In this document: positions 20,396-33,486 of the stretch, piece by piece
How the letters are laid out: the number at the start of each line of letters is the position of its first letter
Position numbering within the stretch: the stretch's first letter is position 1
DNA from: an uncultured Catenibacterium sp.
Lineage (GTDB): Bacteria > Bacillota_I > Bacilli_A > Erysipelotrichales > Coprobacillaceae
DNA: 37,970 nucleotides
Direction of reading: 5' to 3'
Assembly: GCF_900764565.1 (NCBI RefSeq)
Contig: NZ_CAAFOM010000126.1
Location: 1 to 37,970 of the forward strand
Position numbers and translations under genes: made by a program
The notes under the pieces: generated by a model
What the model was told of the DNA's origin: nothing
Seen by the model: the letters and a program-made list of their open reading frames with translations, nothing else
Database searches by the model: none

Positions 20396-21229
20396 TTAAT
20401 GTAGTGCTTTAACGGGACATTCTTTTGTACATTCATAACAAAGAATACAGTCAGTGCCGTTTTTACGTTTACGTGACTCTTTATTCACTTCTACATTCAT
20501 TGGACATACCTTCAAACACTTATTACAATGAATACATTTATTCTCGTCACAATGTACACGTAAGAGTGAATAATAGCTCATTGGTTTAAGAAATACAGTA
20601 ATAGGGCATAAATACTTACAGAATGCGCGATTATCTTTAAATATATATGCAAGTGCGATACCTACAATATAATAGAAGGCATTACCTGCTAGAAATAAAT
20701 AGAACATGATCTTTTCTAAATGTGCTACTTTCATTAAGAATAATCCAGATACCAATGCAAGAGAACATACAAACATCACATAACGTAGTATACCTAGTTT
20801 TTTAACTCTTGGTCTCTGTGGTCTTTTATAGGGTAAAAAGTCAAGAATCATAGCAGTCCAGCAGGCATAACCACACCATCCTCTTCCAAATAAAAGAGGT
20901 CCAAAGATTTTCGCAATGGCATAGTGAATAGTGGCTGCTTCAAATGTGCCTAAGAATAAGTAGTACCAGAATCCTTCAATTTGCATATTCTCTTGAGAGA
21001 TAATACCTAAATATAACAACATATAACTGCCTACTGCCAATTGTACAAAATGTCTTGCATAGTTCTTTCCGGCAGTGTATAATGCGGTCCCTAAGGCAAG
21101 ACAAGTTCCTATATAGCTGAAGTTCAATATGTAGAACATATTATCTTTAGTCAGCCATAAAGTCACCGCAATCACTTCAAATAATATAAATAGTATAATA
21201 GAGAAAGTATATTTTCTTTTCATCTTCAT
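20396..21229 (-). CDS. Membrane 4Fe-4S binding protein (NapH/YccM-like polyferredoxin)
   Basis: TM helices, GRGWCGYAC and RAFCKYLCP, plus two CxxCxxCxxxCP clusters (CIHCNKCLKVCP, CILCYECTKECP). Confidence 0.9.
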   Translation of the reverse strand: MKMKRKYTFSIILFILFEVIAVTLWLTKDNMFYILNFSYIGTCLALGTALYTAGKNYARHFVQLAVGSYMLLYLGIISQENMQIEGFWYYLFLGTFEAATIHYAIAKIFGPLLFGRGWCGYACWTAMILDFLPYKRPQRPRVKKLGILRYVMFVCSLALVSGLFLMKVAHLEKIMFYLFLAGNAFYYIVGIALAYIFKDNRAFCKYLCPITVFLKPMSYYSLLRVHCDENKCIHCNKCLKVCPMNVEVNKESRKRKNGTDCILCYECTKECPVKALH

Positions 21230-21294
21230 TCCTCCCTTATATTCATCTTAAAATGTATGAATTAATACTACAATCATATTCCTGTAAAATATAC

Positions 21295-21326
21295 AAAAAG
21301 GAGCAGGAAGGGAACGCCTGCTCCTT
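21295..21326 (-). terminator. Minus-strand intrinsic terminator upstream of the 4Fe-4S gene
   Basis: Minus strand AAGGAGCAGG-cgttccctt-CCTGCTCCTTTTT. Confidence 0.75.
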
Positions 21327-21408
21327 ATGTCCTATTAGTAAAATAGGGAAGGGAAATGAAAACGATATATATATTATTGAAAGGATCGGGAACTTCCTTT
21401 CACAACTC
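21295..21408 (-). ncRNA. Putative small RNA or terminated leader, copy 2
   Basis: Minus-strand TATACT (21411-21416), 5' hairpin TGAAAGGA-agttcccga-TCCTTTCA, two TTCCCTTCC motifs (21347-21355, 21306-21314) and a strong terminator. No obvious RBS-linked ORF inside. Confidence 0.5.
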
Positions 21409-21477
21409 ATAGTATAAACATAATTTATCTTTGTATTGTGTCAGGAATATGGTATATTTTGTGATGGTGATTAAAAA

Positions 21478-22455
21478 ATGTTGAAAATTGGAAATGTAGA
21501 AATAAAACATCCTATTATCATGGCTCCTATGGCAGGTATCACAAATGTAGCTTACCGTAGACTCGTCAAAGAGTTTGGTGCTGGACTTGTCGTATCTGAA
21601 ATGGTCAGTGATAAAGCGTTATGTTATGGAAATCAAAAGACAATTGATATGCTTGCAGTAGGTGAAGATGAACATCCTATGAGTATGCAGATTTTTGGTG
21701 GTGAAGTAGAAACTATGGTTAAAGCTGCCAAGTTTGTAGAGGAACATTCTGATTGTGATATTATTGATATTAATATGGGATGTCCTGTCAATAAGGTGTT
21801 AAAGGCTCATGCAGGTAGTTATTTAATGCAGTATCCAGAACTTGCATATGATATTGTGAAGGCTGTCGTAGAAGCAGTGAATGTCCCTGTCACTGTTAAG
21901 ATGCGTACTGGTTATGATATGAAGCATATTAACTGTGTAGAAATGGCACAATTAATGGAAAAAGCAGGCGCAAGTGCAGTAGCTATTCATGGTCGTACAC
22001 GTTCACAGATGTATGAAGGTCATGCAGATTGGTCATGGATTAAAAAAGTAAAAGAAGCAGTCAGTATCCCCGTTATTGGAAATGGTGATGTAAGAACACC
22101 TGAAGATGCGAAAAGAATGATGGAAGAAACAGGCTGTGATGCCGTCATGGTTGGTAGAGGGGCTTTAGGTAATCCATTTGTGATTCGTAGAATGGTGAAA
22201 TATTTAGAAGAAGGTATTCTAGAAGAAGAACCAGACTATCATGCACGTATTCAATTATGTATTGATCATGCTCATCGTTTAGTAAAAACGGAAGGTGAAA
22301 AGAATGCGATTAGACAAATGCGTGGACAAGCCCCTTGGTATGTCAAAGGGTTAAGAGGTTCTGCAAAGATCAAGAATCATTTGACACAGATGAATACATT
22401 AGAAGAATTAGAAACAATTCTAAAAGACTTTGAGAAAGAACTAGAAGGTGAGTAA
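21478..22455 (+). CDS. dusB: tRNA-dihydrouridine synthase B
   Basis: APMAGIT, DINMGCP, VTVKMR, HGRT, IGNGD, GRGALGNP. Confidence 0.95.
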   Translation: MLKIGNVEIKHPIIMAPMAGITNVAYRRLVKEFGAGLVVSEMVSDKALCYGNQKTIDMLAVGEDEHPMSMQIFGGEVETMVKAAKFVEEHSDCDIIDINMGCPVNKVLKAHAGSYLMQYPELAYDIVKAVVEAVNVPVTVKMRTGYDMKHINCVEMAQLMEKAGASAVAIHGRTRSQMYEGHADWSWIKKVKEAVSIPVIGNGDVRTPEDAKRMMEETGCDAVMVGRGALGNPFVIRRMVKYLEEGILEEEPDYHARIQLCIDHAHRLVKTEGEKNAIRQMRGQAPWYVKGLRGSAKIKNHLTQMNTLEELETILKDFEKELEGE

Positions 22456-22468
22456 TCATCTTCTTTTT
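22443..22468 (+). terminator. Probable terminator after dusB
   Basis: AGAAGGTGA-gtaa-TCATCTTCTTTTT. Confidence 0.5.
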
Positions 22469-22498
22469 GTTTTATAATGTAATAAAGGAGATGATTCT

Positions 22499-23866
22499 AT
22501 GTCAATACAATATGCAATGTGTGTGCCTCATCCTCCATTAATTATTCCTGAAATAGGGAAAGGGGAGGAGAAAACTATCAGTAACACAATACAATCTTAT
22601 GAATCCATTATGAAATATGTCTCTACTCTTCCAATAGAAACAGTCATTGTGATCAGTCCTCATGCTATCGCTTATAGTGATTATATTCATATTTCTCCTG
22701 GTATTCATGCATCAGGAGACTTTAGTCAATTCCATGCAGGAGATGTAAGAATAGAAGTGGATTATGATACAGAACTTGTCAAGAAGATCACTCAATCTGC
22801 CAAGAAGCATCATATCTTCGCAGGAACATTAGGAAAAGATGATGATTTAGATCATGGTACAATGATTCCTCTTTACTTCTTAAATAAATATTTAAAGGAT
22901 TATAAAGTGGTAAGAATAGGAATATCTGGTTTATCTCCTCTTACTCATTATCGCTTTGGACAATGTATTAAAGAAGCCGTAGGAGATAAGAATGTCTTAC
23001 TTATTGCGAGTGGTGATTTATCTCATTGTCTCAAAGAAGATGGTCCATATGGTTATAAGGAAGAAGGACCACTCTTTGATCATGATATTATTACAGCATG
23101 GAAGAATAGCGACTTTATGCGTTTTCTCACATTTGATCCCATCTTTACTGAAGCGGCTGCTGAATGTGGACTCAGATCATTTCAGATCATGGCAGGTGCT
23201 TTAGACCAAAAGAAGATTAAACCACACTATTATTCTTATGAAGGACCATTTGGAGTAGGCTATGGTATATGTGGTTTTGAAATAGATGGTGATGATCCAA
23301 CACGTGATATAGGATATCAATATGAGAAGAAGATGCAGGAAGAAGTCAAGAAGATCAAAGAACATGAAGATGACTATGTCAGACTTGCAAGAACTACAAT
23401 TGAACATTATGTAAGAGAAAAAGTACAAATCAAACCTGAAGTCATAGAAGAGATGACTAGACGTGCAGGAGTCTTTGTTTCTATTCATGAAGAAGGACGC
23501 TTAAGAGGATGCATTGGTACCTTTATGCCTGTGCAGGATAATATTGCGTTAGAAATAGTCCATAATGCGATCAGTGCCTGTAGTGAAGATCCACGCTTTG
23601 ATCCTATTACAGAAGAAGAACTAGATAATCTCATTATCTCAGTCGATGTATTAGGGGAAATAGAAGTAGTAGATGATATCAGCACATTAGATCCTCGTAT
23701 TTATGGTATTATTGTATCCCATGGTTCTAAAAGAGGCTTACTCCTACCTGACTTAGAGGGTGTGGATACAGTCACTGATCAGATTCAGATAGCCTGTCAT
23801 AAAGCAGGTATTCATGAAGGAGAGAAGATTAAGATAGAAAGATTCAAGGTGACAAGACATGACTAG
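22499..23866 (+). CDS. amrA: AmmeMemoRadiSam protein A with fused N-terminal LigB/Memo-like dioxygenase-fold domain
   Basis: N-terminal PHPP, ISPH, LDHG, ASGDLSH, ECG. C-terminal AMMECR1 motifs GVFVSI..LRGCIGT, EDPRF, GLLLP. Confidence 0.88.
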   Translation: MSIQYAMCVPHPPLIIPEIGKGEEKTISNTIQSYESIMKYVSTLPIETVIVISPHAIAYSDYIHISPGIHASGDFSQFHAGDVRIEVDYDTELVKKITQSAKKHHIFAGTLGKDDDLDHGTMIPLYFLNKYLKDYKVVRIGISGLSPLTHYRFGQCIKEAVGDKNVLLIASGDLSHCLKEDGPYGYKEEGPLFDHDIITAWKNSDFMRFLTFDPIFTEAAAECGLRSFQIMAGALDQKKIKPHYYSYEGPFGVGYGICGFEIDGDDPTRDIGYQYEKKMQEEVKKIKEHEDDYVRLARTTIEHYVREKVQIKPEVIEEMTRRAGVFVSIHEEGRLRGCIGTFMPVQDNIALEIVHNAISACSEDPRFDPITEEELDNLIISVDVLGEIEVVDDISTLDPRIYGIIVSHGSKRGLLLPDLEGVDTVTDQIQIACHKAGIHEGEKIKIERFKVTRHD

Positions 23867-24674
23867 ATGTGATTTATGTCCGCATCATTGTGTATTAAAA
23901 GAAGGACAGACAGGCTTTTGTCATCAAAGAATAAATAAAGAGGGACGCATAGTTTTAAAAGACTATGGTGCTATTACATCTCTTTCCTTAGATCCTATTG
24001 AAAAGAAGCCTCTCTATCATTTTTATCCAAATACAAAGATTCTATCTGTCGGTTCTTATGGCTGTAATATGAAATGTCCTTTCTGTCAGAACTACACCAT
24101 ATCACAAGATAAAGGCTCTTCTGTACAGGTGCATACAACACCTGAAAAACTTGTTGAAGTCGCCTTAGATCTCAAAAAAGAAGGGAATATCGGTATTGCG
24201 TTTACTTATAATGAACCACTGATCAGTTATGAGTTTATTTGTGATACATTTGTATTATGTAAGAAGCATGATTTAAAGACTGTTATTGTTTCTAATGGAA
24301 TGATAGAAGAGAAATACATAAAGGAGTTATCTCCTTTAGTAGATGCATGGAATATTGATTTAAAAGGATTTAAAGAAGATATTTATAAGAAGTTATCAGG
24401 TGACTTAAACACAGTAAAAAAGAGTATTCAAATAGCTTCATCAAGTCATCTAGAAGTCACTTCTTTGATTGTCCCTGGTATCAATGATCATTTAGAAGAT
24501 ATGGAAGAAGAAGCAAAGTGGTTAGCGTCTATTGATCCGAATATTGTGTTACATATCACACGTTATTTTCCTGAGTATCATTATCATGAATCTCCTACAT
24601 CTATAGAACTTATTGACCAAATGGTAGAAGTGGCTAAGAAATATTTAAAGAATGTATATAGAGGTAATTGTTAG
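23859..24674 (+). CDS. amrS: AmmeMemoRadiSam radical SAM enzyme
   Basis: [49 protein letters not shown]. Overlaps the amrA stop. Confidence 0.9.
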   Translation: MTRCDLCPHHCVLKEGQTGFCHQRINKEGRIVLKDYGAITSLSLDPIEKKPLYHFYPNTKILSVGSYGCNMKCPFCQNYTISQDKGSSVQVHTTPEKLVEVALDLKKEGNIGIAFTYNEPLISYEFICDTFVLCKKHDLKTVIVSNGMIEEKYIKELSPLVDAWNIDLKGFKEDIYKKLSGDLNTVKKSIQIASSSHLEVTSLIVPGINDHLEDMEEEAKWLASIDPNIVLHITRYFPEYHYHESPTSIELIDQMVEVAKKYLKNVYRGNC

Positions 24675-25406
24675 ATGTTTAATGAAGAAAAGATAAAAAG
24701 CTTTAGTACAACAGATATGCGTATATATAACTATATATTGAAGCACAGCATTCAATTCCCTTATATGAGTATAAGAGAACTGGCAGATGAGATTCCTACA
24801 TCTACAGCTTCTATTATGCGTTTTGTGAAAAAGATGGGATATGATAGTTTTCCTGAATTAAAATATGCTTATAAGAAAGAAGAAAAAGAAGTCTCTCTTT
24901 ATATGGTGAATAACCTAGATGAAACTATTGACTGTTTAAAGAAGTTCAATACGCCTTATTATCAGGATTTATTCAAAGAAGTCGCTTATATACTAGGTAA
25001 TGCGAATATGATTATCTTTGATGGTATGGGAGATTCAGGTAAGATTGCGGAATATGCAGCCAGACGTTTTTCTACCAATGGTTTCTTTAGTGCTGCCCTC
25101 ACAGATCCTTTTCAGAAGATATCCATGGATGGTACAAACATTGTGGTTGTGATGTTATCTGTTTCAGGAGATACACCTGAACTTATTAGAAAAGCCAATG
25201 GCTATAAAGCGGCTGGTAGTACTTTAATCACAATTACGGCATCGGGTGACAATACACTTGCGAAAATGAGTGATCACAACATCAGCTATTATATCAATGA
25301 TATAAGAACCGAATTTTTTTCACATACGACTCAGGTGCCGGCATTAAGTATCATCGAGATTCTCTCTAATACAACTCAACGTATATGTCACAATACGTTA
25401 CAATAG
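24675..25406 (+). CDS. MurR/RpiR-family transcriptional regulator
   Basis: HTH SIRELA..STASIMRFVKKMGYDSFPELK; SIS domain GMGDS, LSVSGDT. Confidence 0.9.
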   Translation: MFNEEKIKSFSTTDMRIYNYILKHSIQFPYMSIRELADEIPTSTASIMRFVKKMGYDSFPELKYAYKKEEKEVSLYMVNNLDETIDCLKKFNTPYYQDLFKEVAYILGNANMIIFDGMGDSGKIAEYAARRFSTNGFFSAALTDPFQKISMDGTNIVVVMLSVSGDTPELIRKANGYKAAGSTLITITASGDNTLAKMSDHNISYYINDIRTEFFSHTTQVPALSIIEILSNTTQRICHNTLQ

Positions 25407-25439
25407 TGAAACTTTTTGCATAGTATGCATACCATTCAA

Positions 25440-25462
25440 GAAGGGCTTCAAGCCCTTTTTTT
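25440..25462 (+). terminator. Terminator after first RpiR gene
   Basis: AAGGGCT-tca-AGCCCTT followed by a T run. Confidence 0.7.
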
Positions 25463-25475
25463 ATTTTTAATCTTC

Positions 25476-25511
25476 TGATAGAATCAATCACGGAAAACGA
25501 AAACGTTTTCA
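25476..25511 (+). promoter_or_regulatory. Extended -10 promoter and cre-like (CcpA/LacI) operator of the beta-glucoside operon
   Basis: TG-a-TAGAAT (25476-25484). CGAAAACGTTTTCA at 25498-25511 contains the perfect palindrome GAAAACGTTTTC and resembles the cre consensus. Confidence 0.6.
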
Positions 25512-25546
25512 ACTTCGGCCGAAAAAAATTGAAGAGGAGACACAAA

Positions 25547-29185
<3,639 letters not shown>

Positions 29186-29202
29186 TAAAGGAGGATGATA
29201 AG

Positions 29203-29847
29203 ATGTGGAATAAATTAAGAAATGAACCTGTGAATAAAACAGGTTATATCAAACGTATAATTGCTTATGGTATTGATTGGTATTTAGGAAGTGTCTTATC
29301 ATCACTTCCTCTTATTCTGTTATATATGTCTCTTCATAAGGATGCTGTCTATATTCCTCAGCAGTTATCTATATTCAAGGGATATTATCAAGTGACTGCC
29401 GGTGTTCTTTCACTCTCAGTTGCACTTGTATACTATGTAGTATTGCCTATTATGTGGAAGGGACAGACATTAGGTAAAAAACTACTTGGTCTAAAGATTG
29501 TGAATGATGATTATCAAGAAGTGAATGTGAAACAACTGATCATCAGACAAGTGATTATGATTTTCTTAGTAGAAGGAAGTATTTATACATGCAGTAATAT
29601 GTTTCATCAGTTAGTCAATGTATTAACTGGATACAATATTGCCTCTATCTGGAATAAAGTAGGACTTGTTATTTCTGTATTATCTGCAATATTAGTGATT
29701 ATCTTAAAGTCTAAGAAATCATTACATGATATTGTCTCACATACACTTGTTGTAGACATTAAGTCAGAAGATTATAAGAATATGTTATTAAGTATTGAAA
29801 AGAAAAAGAAGAAACAGAATAAGAAAATGAAAAAGAAATTTGCATAA
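29203..29847 (+). CDS. RDD-family membrane protein
   Basis: KRIIAYGID, GQTLGKKLLGLKIV, LHDIVSHTLVV. Confidence 0.88.
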   Translation: MWNKLRNEPVNKTGYIKRIIAYGIDWYLGSVLSSLPLILLYMSLHKDAVYIPQQLSIFKGYYQVTAGVLSLSVALVYYVVLPIMWKGQTLGKKLLGLKIVNDDYQEVNVKQLIIRQVIMIFLVEGSIYTCSNMFHQLVNVLTGYNIASIWNKVGLVISVLSAILVIILKSKKSLHDIVSHTLVVDIKSEDYKNMLLSIEKKKKKQNKKMKKKFA

Positions 29848-29878
29848 AGTATGATAAGATACCTTTTGGAGGTATCTT

Positions 29879-30607
29879 ATGGTTACAGTAGATCAAATGA
29901 ATCAATTAAGTGATTTAGAATTAGATATTTACAACTACATTATTTCTCATCGTCATGAAGTGATTCATATGAAACTTAAAGATTTATCTACAGATCTTCA
30001 TGTGTCTCAATCTATGATTACAAGAGTCGCAAAGAAACTTGGTTATGAAGGGTTTTTAGAGTGGAAAGCAGAAATGAAGCTGGATCAGGAAGACAAACCT
30101 GTACAAAACAGACGTGTATTAAACTATATTCTCGATTATTTTAATCGTGTAGATAATAAAGAGTTTGATGAACTTATTCATCAGGCTGCAGAAATAATTG
30201 TGAATAGTCGTGAAGTCATCTGTTCAGGGATTGGATTAAGTGACGCGATTGCGAAGTTTGCGTCTTCTTTATTTAATCGTAAAGGAAAACGTACGATGTA
30301 TAGTGAAGACTTCAGTTCTCGTTTTAGAGGTATGTATGATGAAAATGACTGCGCCCTTTTCTTTACTGTTTCAGGAGAAACAAGAGAAGTTATTGATCGT
30401 ATCGAAGAACTAAAAAAATATGGTATTAAGATTATTGTGATTACCAATAATGCCTCTTCAACTGCTGCAAAGATCTCTGATCTCGCAATTACATATTATG
30501 TACCAAGTTCTAGAAATGATGACTTCTATAGTTCAGCCACACAAGTGCCTGTTCTATATATCATTGAGTCTATTGCGAACATATTTATCGAATATGGAAT
30601 TTACTAA
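29879..30607 (+). CDS. MurR/RpiR-family transcriptional regulator (second copy)
   Basis: VSQSMITRVAKKLGYEGF HTH; GIGLS, TVSGET, ATQVP. Confidence 0.88.
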   Translation: MVTVDQMNQLSDLELDIYNYIISHRHEVIHMKLKDLSTDLHVSQSMITRVAKKLGYEGFLEWKAEMKLDQEDKPVQNRRVLNYILDYFNRVDNKEFDELIHQAAEIIVNSREVICSGIGLSDAIAKFASSLFNRKGKRTMYSEDFSSRFRGMYDENDCALFFTVSGETREVIDRIEELKKYGIKIIVITNNASSTAAKISDLAITYYVPSSRNDDFYSSATQVPVLYIIESIANIFIEYGIY

Positions 30608-30631
30608 AGAATGCTTGAAAGGCATTCTTTT
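30606..30631 (+). terminator. Terminator after second RpiR gene
   Basis: AAAGAATGCT-tgaaa-GGCATTCTTTT. Confidence 0.7.
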
Positions 30632-30675
30632 ATTTGTTTTAATACTCATATGTTATGATATGAAAGAGGGACGCT

Positions 30676-31533
30676 ATGAGGGAAAATCTAGAAAAGTACG
30701 GCGAAGTGATTGCCGGAAGTATTTTATTATCTTTAGGCATCTGGTTGTTTGTAACACCTAATGGCTTGAACTTTGGAGGTGTCATTGGTACATCACAGAT
30801 TATCGAAGTTTTTGTAAGAAAACTATTGCCAATCTCTAAATCAATGAATATTGTAGGGATCATTAACTTCATGATTAATATTCCATTATTTATTATGGGA
30901 TATAGAATCTTGAACAGAGAATTCTGTCTTAAAACAGGTATGAGTATTGTCGTACAGACTATCACATTATCTTTCTTACCTAACCTAACACATCCAGTAA
31001 TGCCTGATATGTTATCTAACTGTATCTTTGGGGCTATTATGTGTGGTGTTGGTGTAGGACTTGCCCTAAAAGGTAGTGGTAGTACAGGTGGTATTGATAT
31101 TGCCGGTGTATGCTTATCTAAGACTAAACCAGGATTCTCAGTAGGTAAGTTATCTACTATTGTGAATGCGGTAGTATTTGCGTGCTGTGCATTCATCTTT
31201 GACTTACAGACTACACTTTATTCTATTATCTTTGTATTTGTATTGTATTTCATTAGTGACCGTATCCACTATCAGAATATCAATGTGATTGCATTAATCT
31301 TTACTAAAGAAAAAGATATGAAGAATGTGATTATGGAAAAGACTGGTAGAGGTGTAACTTACTGGATGGGTAAGGGTGCTTATACAGAAAATGATCAATA
31401 TATTCTTTATTGTGCAATCAATAAATATGAAATGAAAACATTCAAAAAAATAGTACGTGATATTGATCCACAGGCATTTGTGACTATTAGTGAAGATTCA
31501 GAAATCCTTGGTGGATTTGAAAAACGTCTATAG
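30676..31533 (+). CDS. YitT-family membrane protein
   Basis: GGVIG, INIPLF, GSTGGIDI, RGVT..GKGAYT, IDPQAFV. Confidence 0.9.
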   Translation: MRENLEKYGEVIAGSILLSLGIWLFVTPNGLNFGGVIGTSQIIEVFVRKLLPISKSMNIVGIINFMINIPLFIMGYRILNREFCLKTGMSIVVQTITLSFLPNLTHPVMPDMLSNCIFGAIMCGVGVGLALKGSGSTGGIDIAGVCLSKTKPGFSVGKLSTIVNAVVFACCAFIFDLQTTLYSIIFVFVLYFISDRIHYQNINVIALIFTKEKDMKNVIMEKTGRGVTYWMGKGAYTENDQYILYCAINKYEMKTFKKIVRDIDPQAFVTISEDSEILGGFEKRL

Positions 31534-31567
31534 ACAAATTAGATTGAATAAGACGTATAAATTGACC

Positions 31568-31597
31568 TTGACAACATATTTATTTATTGTCTATAAT
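31568..31597 (+). promoter_or_regulatory. Sigma-A promoter of the lysS leader
   Basis: TTGACA (31568-31573), 18 bp, TATAAT (31592-31597). Confidence 0.75.
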
Positions 31598-31605
31598 ACT
31601 TGAGT

Positions 31606-31826
31606 AAAAGCTATGAACAGAAGAGTAATATCGATGGAACGCAGAGAGAATTCCTGGCTGGTGTAAAGGAATGGGAAAGTTGATATGAATAAAGACTGGG
31701 AGCTGTATTTTGGATCTAACGTGATAAAATAACGTGTTGCCGCGTTAAGGCTTAATGAGGTCTACTTATGTAGATGAATAAGGGTGGTACCACGGTTAAC
31801 TCTCGTCCCTAGCGGATGAGAGTTTT
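31606..31826 (+). ncRNA. T-box riboswitch (Lys specifier) upstream of lysS
   Basis: Stem I with AGTA, AGAGA and GGTG boxes, specifier loop GAATAAAGA (AAA or AAG, both Lys), GCCGCGTTA. T-box AATAAGGGTGGTACCACGG (31777-31795); terminator AACTCTCGTCC-ctagc-GGATGAGAGTTTTT. Confidence 0.92.
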
Positions 31827-31850
31827 TATATTCTAAGAAGGAGAACAGAC

Positions 31851-33335
31851 ATGGAAGAAAGAAAGTTTACTGATCAGGAATTAGTAAGAAGACAGAAGTT
31901 ACAGGAACTTAAAGATCTTGGAATTGATCCATTTGGACAGAGATTTGATGTGACTGCATATACTTCAGACATTAGAAAGAACTATAGCGGTAAGACTGCA
32001 GAAGAATTAGAAGAAAGCAAACCAGCTGTAAGCATTGCAGGTCGTATTGTTGCAAAGAGAAGAAAAGGTAAAGTATGCTTCATGAACCTTCTTGATAGAG
32101 ATGGAAAAATCCAGTTATATATCAAGAAAGATACTGTTGGTGAAGATGTTTATGAATTAGTTAAGAAGAGCGATTTAGGTGATATTATCGGTATTGATGG
32201 TGAAGTATTCATGACTCATACTGGTGAATTAACTGTAAGAGTAGAAAAGTATACACACCTTACTAAGGCTTTAAGACCTTTACCAGAAAAGTTCCATGGT
32301 TTAACAGATACTGAAGAACGTTTCAGAAGAAGATATGTTGACTTAATCATGAATGATGAAGCACGTAAAGTAGCATTCATGAGACCTAAGATTGTACGTT
32401 CAATCCAGCATTATTTAGATGATAAAGGATATACAGAAGTAGAAACACCAATCATGAACTCTATTCTTGGTGGTGCTGCAGCTAAGCCTTTCATCACTCA
32501 TTTCAATGCATTAGATAAAGATTTCTACTTAAGAATCGCAACAGAATTAAACCTTAAGAGATTAATCGTAGGTGGTATGGATGCTGTTTATGAAATCGGT
32601 CGTTTATTCAGAAATGAAGGTATGGACAGAACTCATAACCCAGAATTCACTACTATCGAAGTATATAAAGCATTCTCTGACCTTGAAGGTATGATGGACT
32701 TAACAGAAGGTATTATTGCGAATGCCGCAATGACAGTCAATGGTACATATGATGTAGAATACAAAGGTCATTCTATTTCATTAGCACCTGGATTCAAGAG
32801 AATCTCTATGGTTGATGCAATCAAGGAAAAGACTGGTGTTGACTTTGGTGAACAGAAGACTTTTGAAGAAGCTAAGAAGCTTGCTGAAGAACATGGTATT
32901 GAAGTAGAACCACACTTTGCATATGGTCATATTGTCAATGCATTCTTTGAAAAGTATGTAGAAGAAACAATTGTAGAACCAACATTCGTATATGGTCATC
33001 CAATTGAAATCTCTCCACTTGCAAAGAAGAACTTACAGGATCCTCGTTTCACTCAGAGATTTGAATTATTCATCTGTGGTAACGAATATGCTAATGCATT
33101 CACAGAATTAAATGATCCAGATGATCAGTATGAAAGATTCGCAAATCAGTTAAAAGAAAAAGAATTAGGTAACGATGAAGCCAACGAAATGGATATGGAC
33201 TATGTAGAAGCCCTTGAATACGGTCTTCCACCAACTGGTGGTATGGGTATGGGTATCGATAGATTAGTTATGTTATTAACTGGTCAGGAAACTATCCGTG
33301 AAGTTATCTTATTCCCACATATGAAGAATAAATAA
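31851..33335 (+). CDS. lysS: Lysyl-tRNA synthetase, class II
   Basis: [54 protein letters not shown]. Confidence 0.97.
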   Translation: MEERKFTDQELVRRQKLQELKDLGIDPFGQRFDVTAYTSDIRKNYSGKTAEELEESKPAVSIAGRIVAKRRKGKVCFMNLLDRDGKIQLYIKKDTVGEDVYELVKKSDLGDIIGIDGEVFMTHTGELTVRVEKYTHLTKALRPLPEKFHGLTDTEERFRRRYVDLIMNDEARKVAFMRPKIVRSIQHYLDDKGYTEVETPIMNSILGGAAAKPFITHFNALDKDFYLRIATELNLKRLIVGGMDAVYEIGRLFRNEGMDRTHNPEFTTIEVYKAFSDLEGMMDLTEGIIANAAMTVNGTYDVEYKGHSISLAPGFKRISMVDAIKEKTGVDFGEQKTFEEAKKLAEEHGIEVEPHFAYGHIVNAFFEKYVEETIVEPTFVYGHPIEISPLAKKNLQDPRFTQRFELFICGNEYANAFTELNDPDDQYERFANQLKEKELGNDEANEMDMDYVEALEYGLPPTGGMGMGIDRLVMLLTGQETIREVILFPHMKNK

Positions 33336-33343
33336 GTACTATT

Positions 33344-33379
33344 AAAAGTATATGGATAATTGAACCATATACTTTTTTT
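33344..33379 (+). terminator. lysS terminator
   Basis: AAAAGTATATGG-N9-CCATATACTTTTTTT. Confidence 0.8.
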
Positions 33380-33486
33380 GTTATCAGCAATTTATATATA
33401 ATGCTTTTATATTGTAAAAAATAAATGTAAAATCTTAAATGTGATGCATTTATACATATGATTATTTTGAAAGTAGAGGAATAAAT

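Noticed and set aside
21360..21410. Known riboswitch (preQ1, fluoride, c-di-GMP) in the hairpin upstream of the Fe-S gene
   Set aside because: Consensus nucleotides of those aptamers are not recognisable.
29795..29847. Lys-rich tail of the RDD protein as a frameshift or stalling signal
   Set aside because: Mixed AAA/AAG codons, no long homopolymer and no alternative-frame continuation; basic tails are common.
30639..31196. 185-aa minus-strand ORF
   Set aside because: Antisense to a clear YitT gene with no recognisable motifs.
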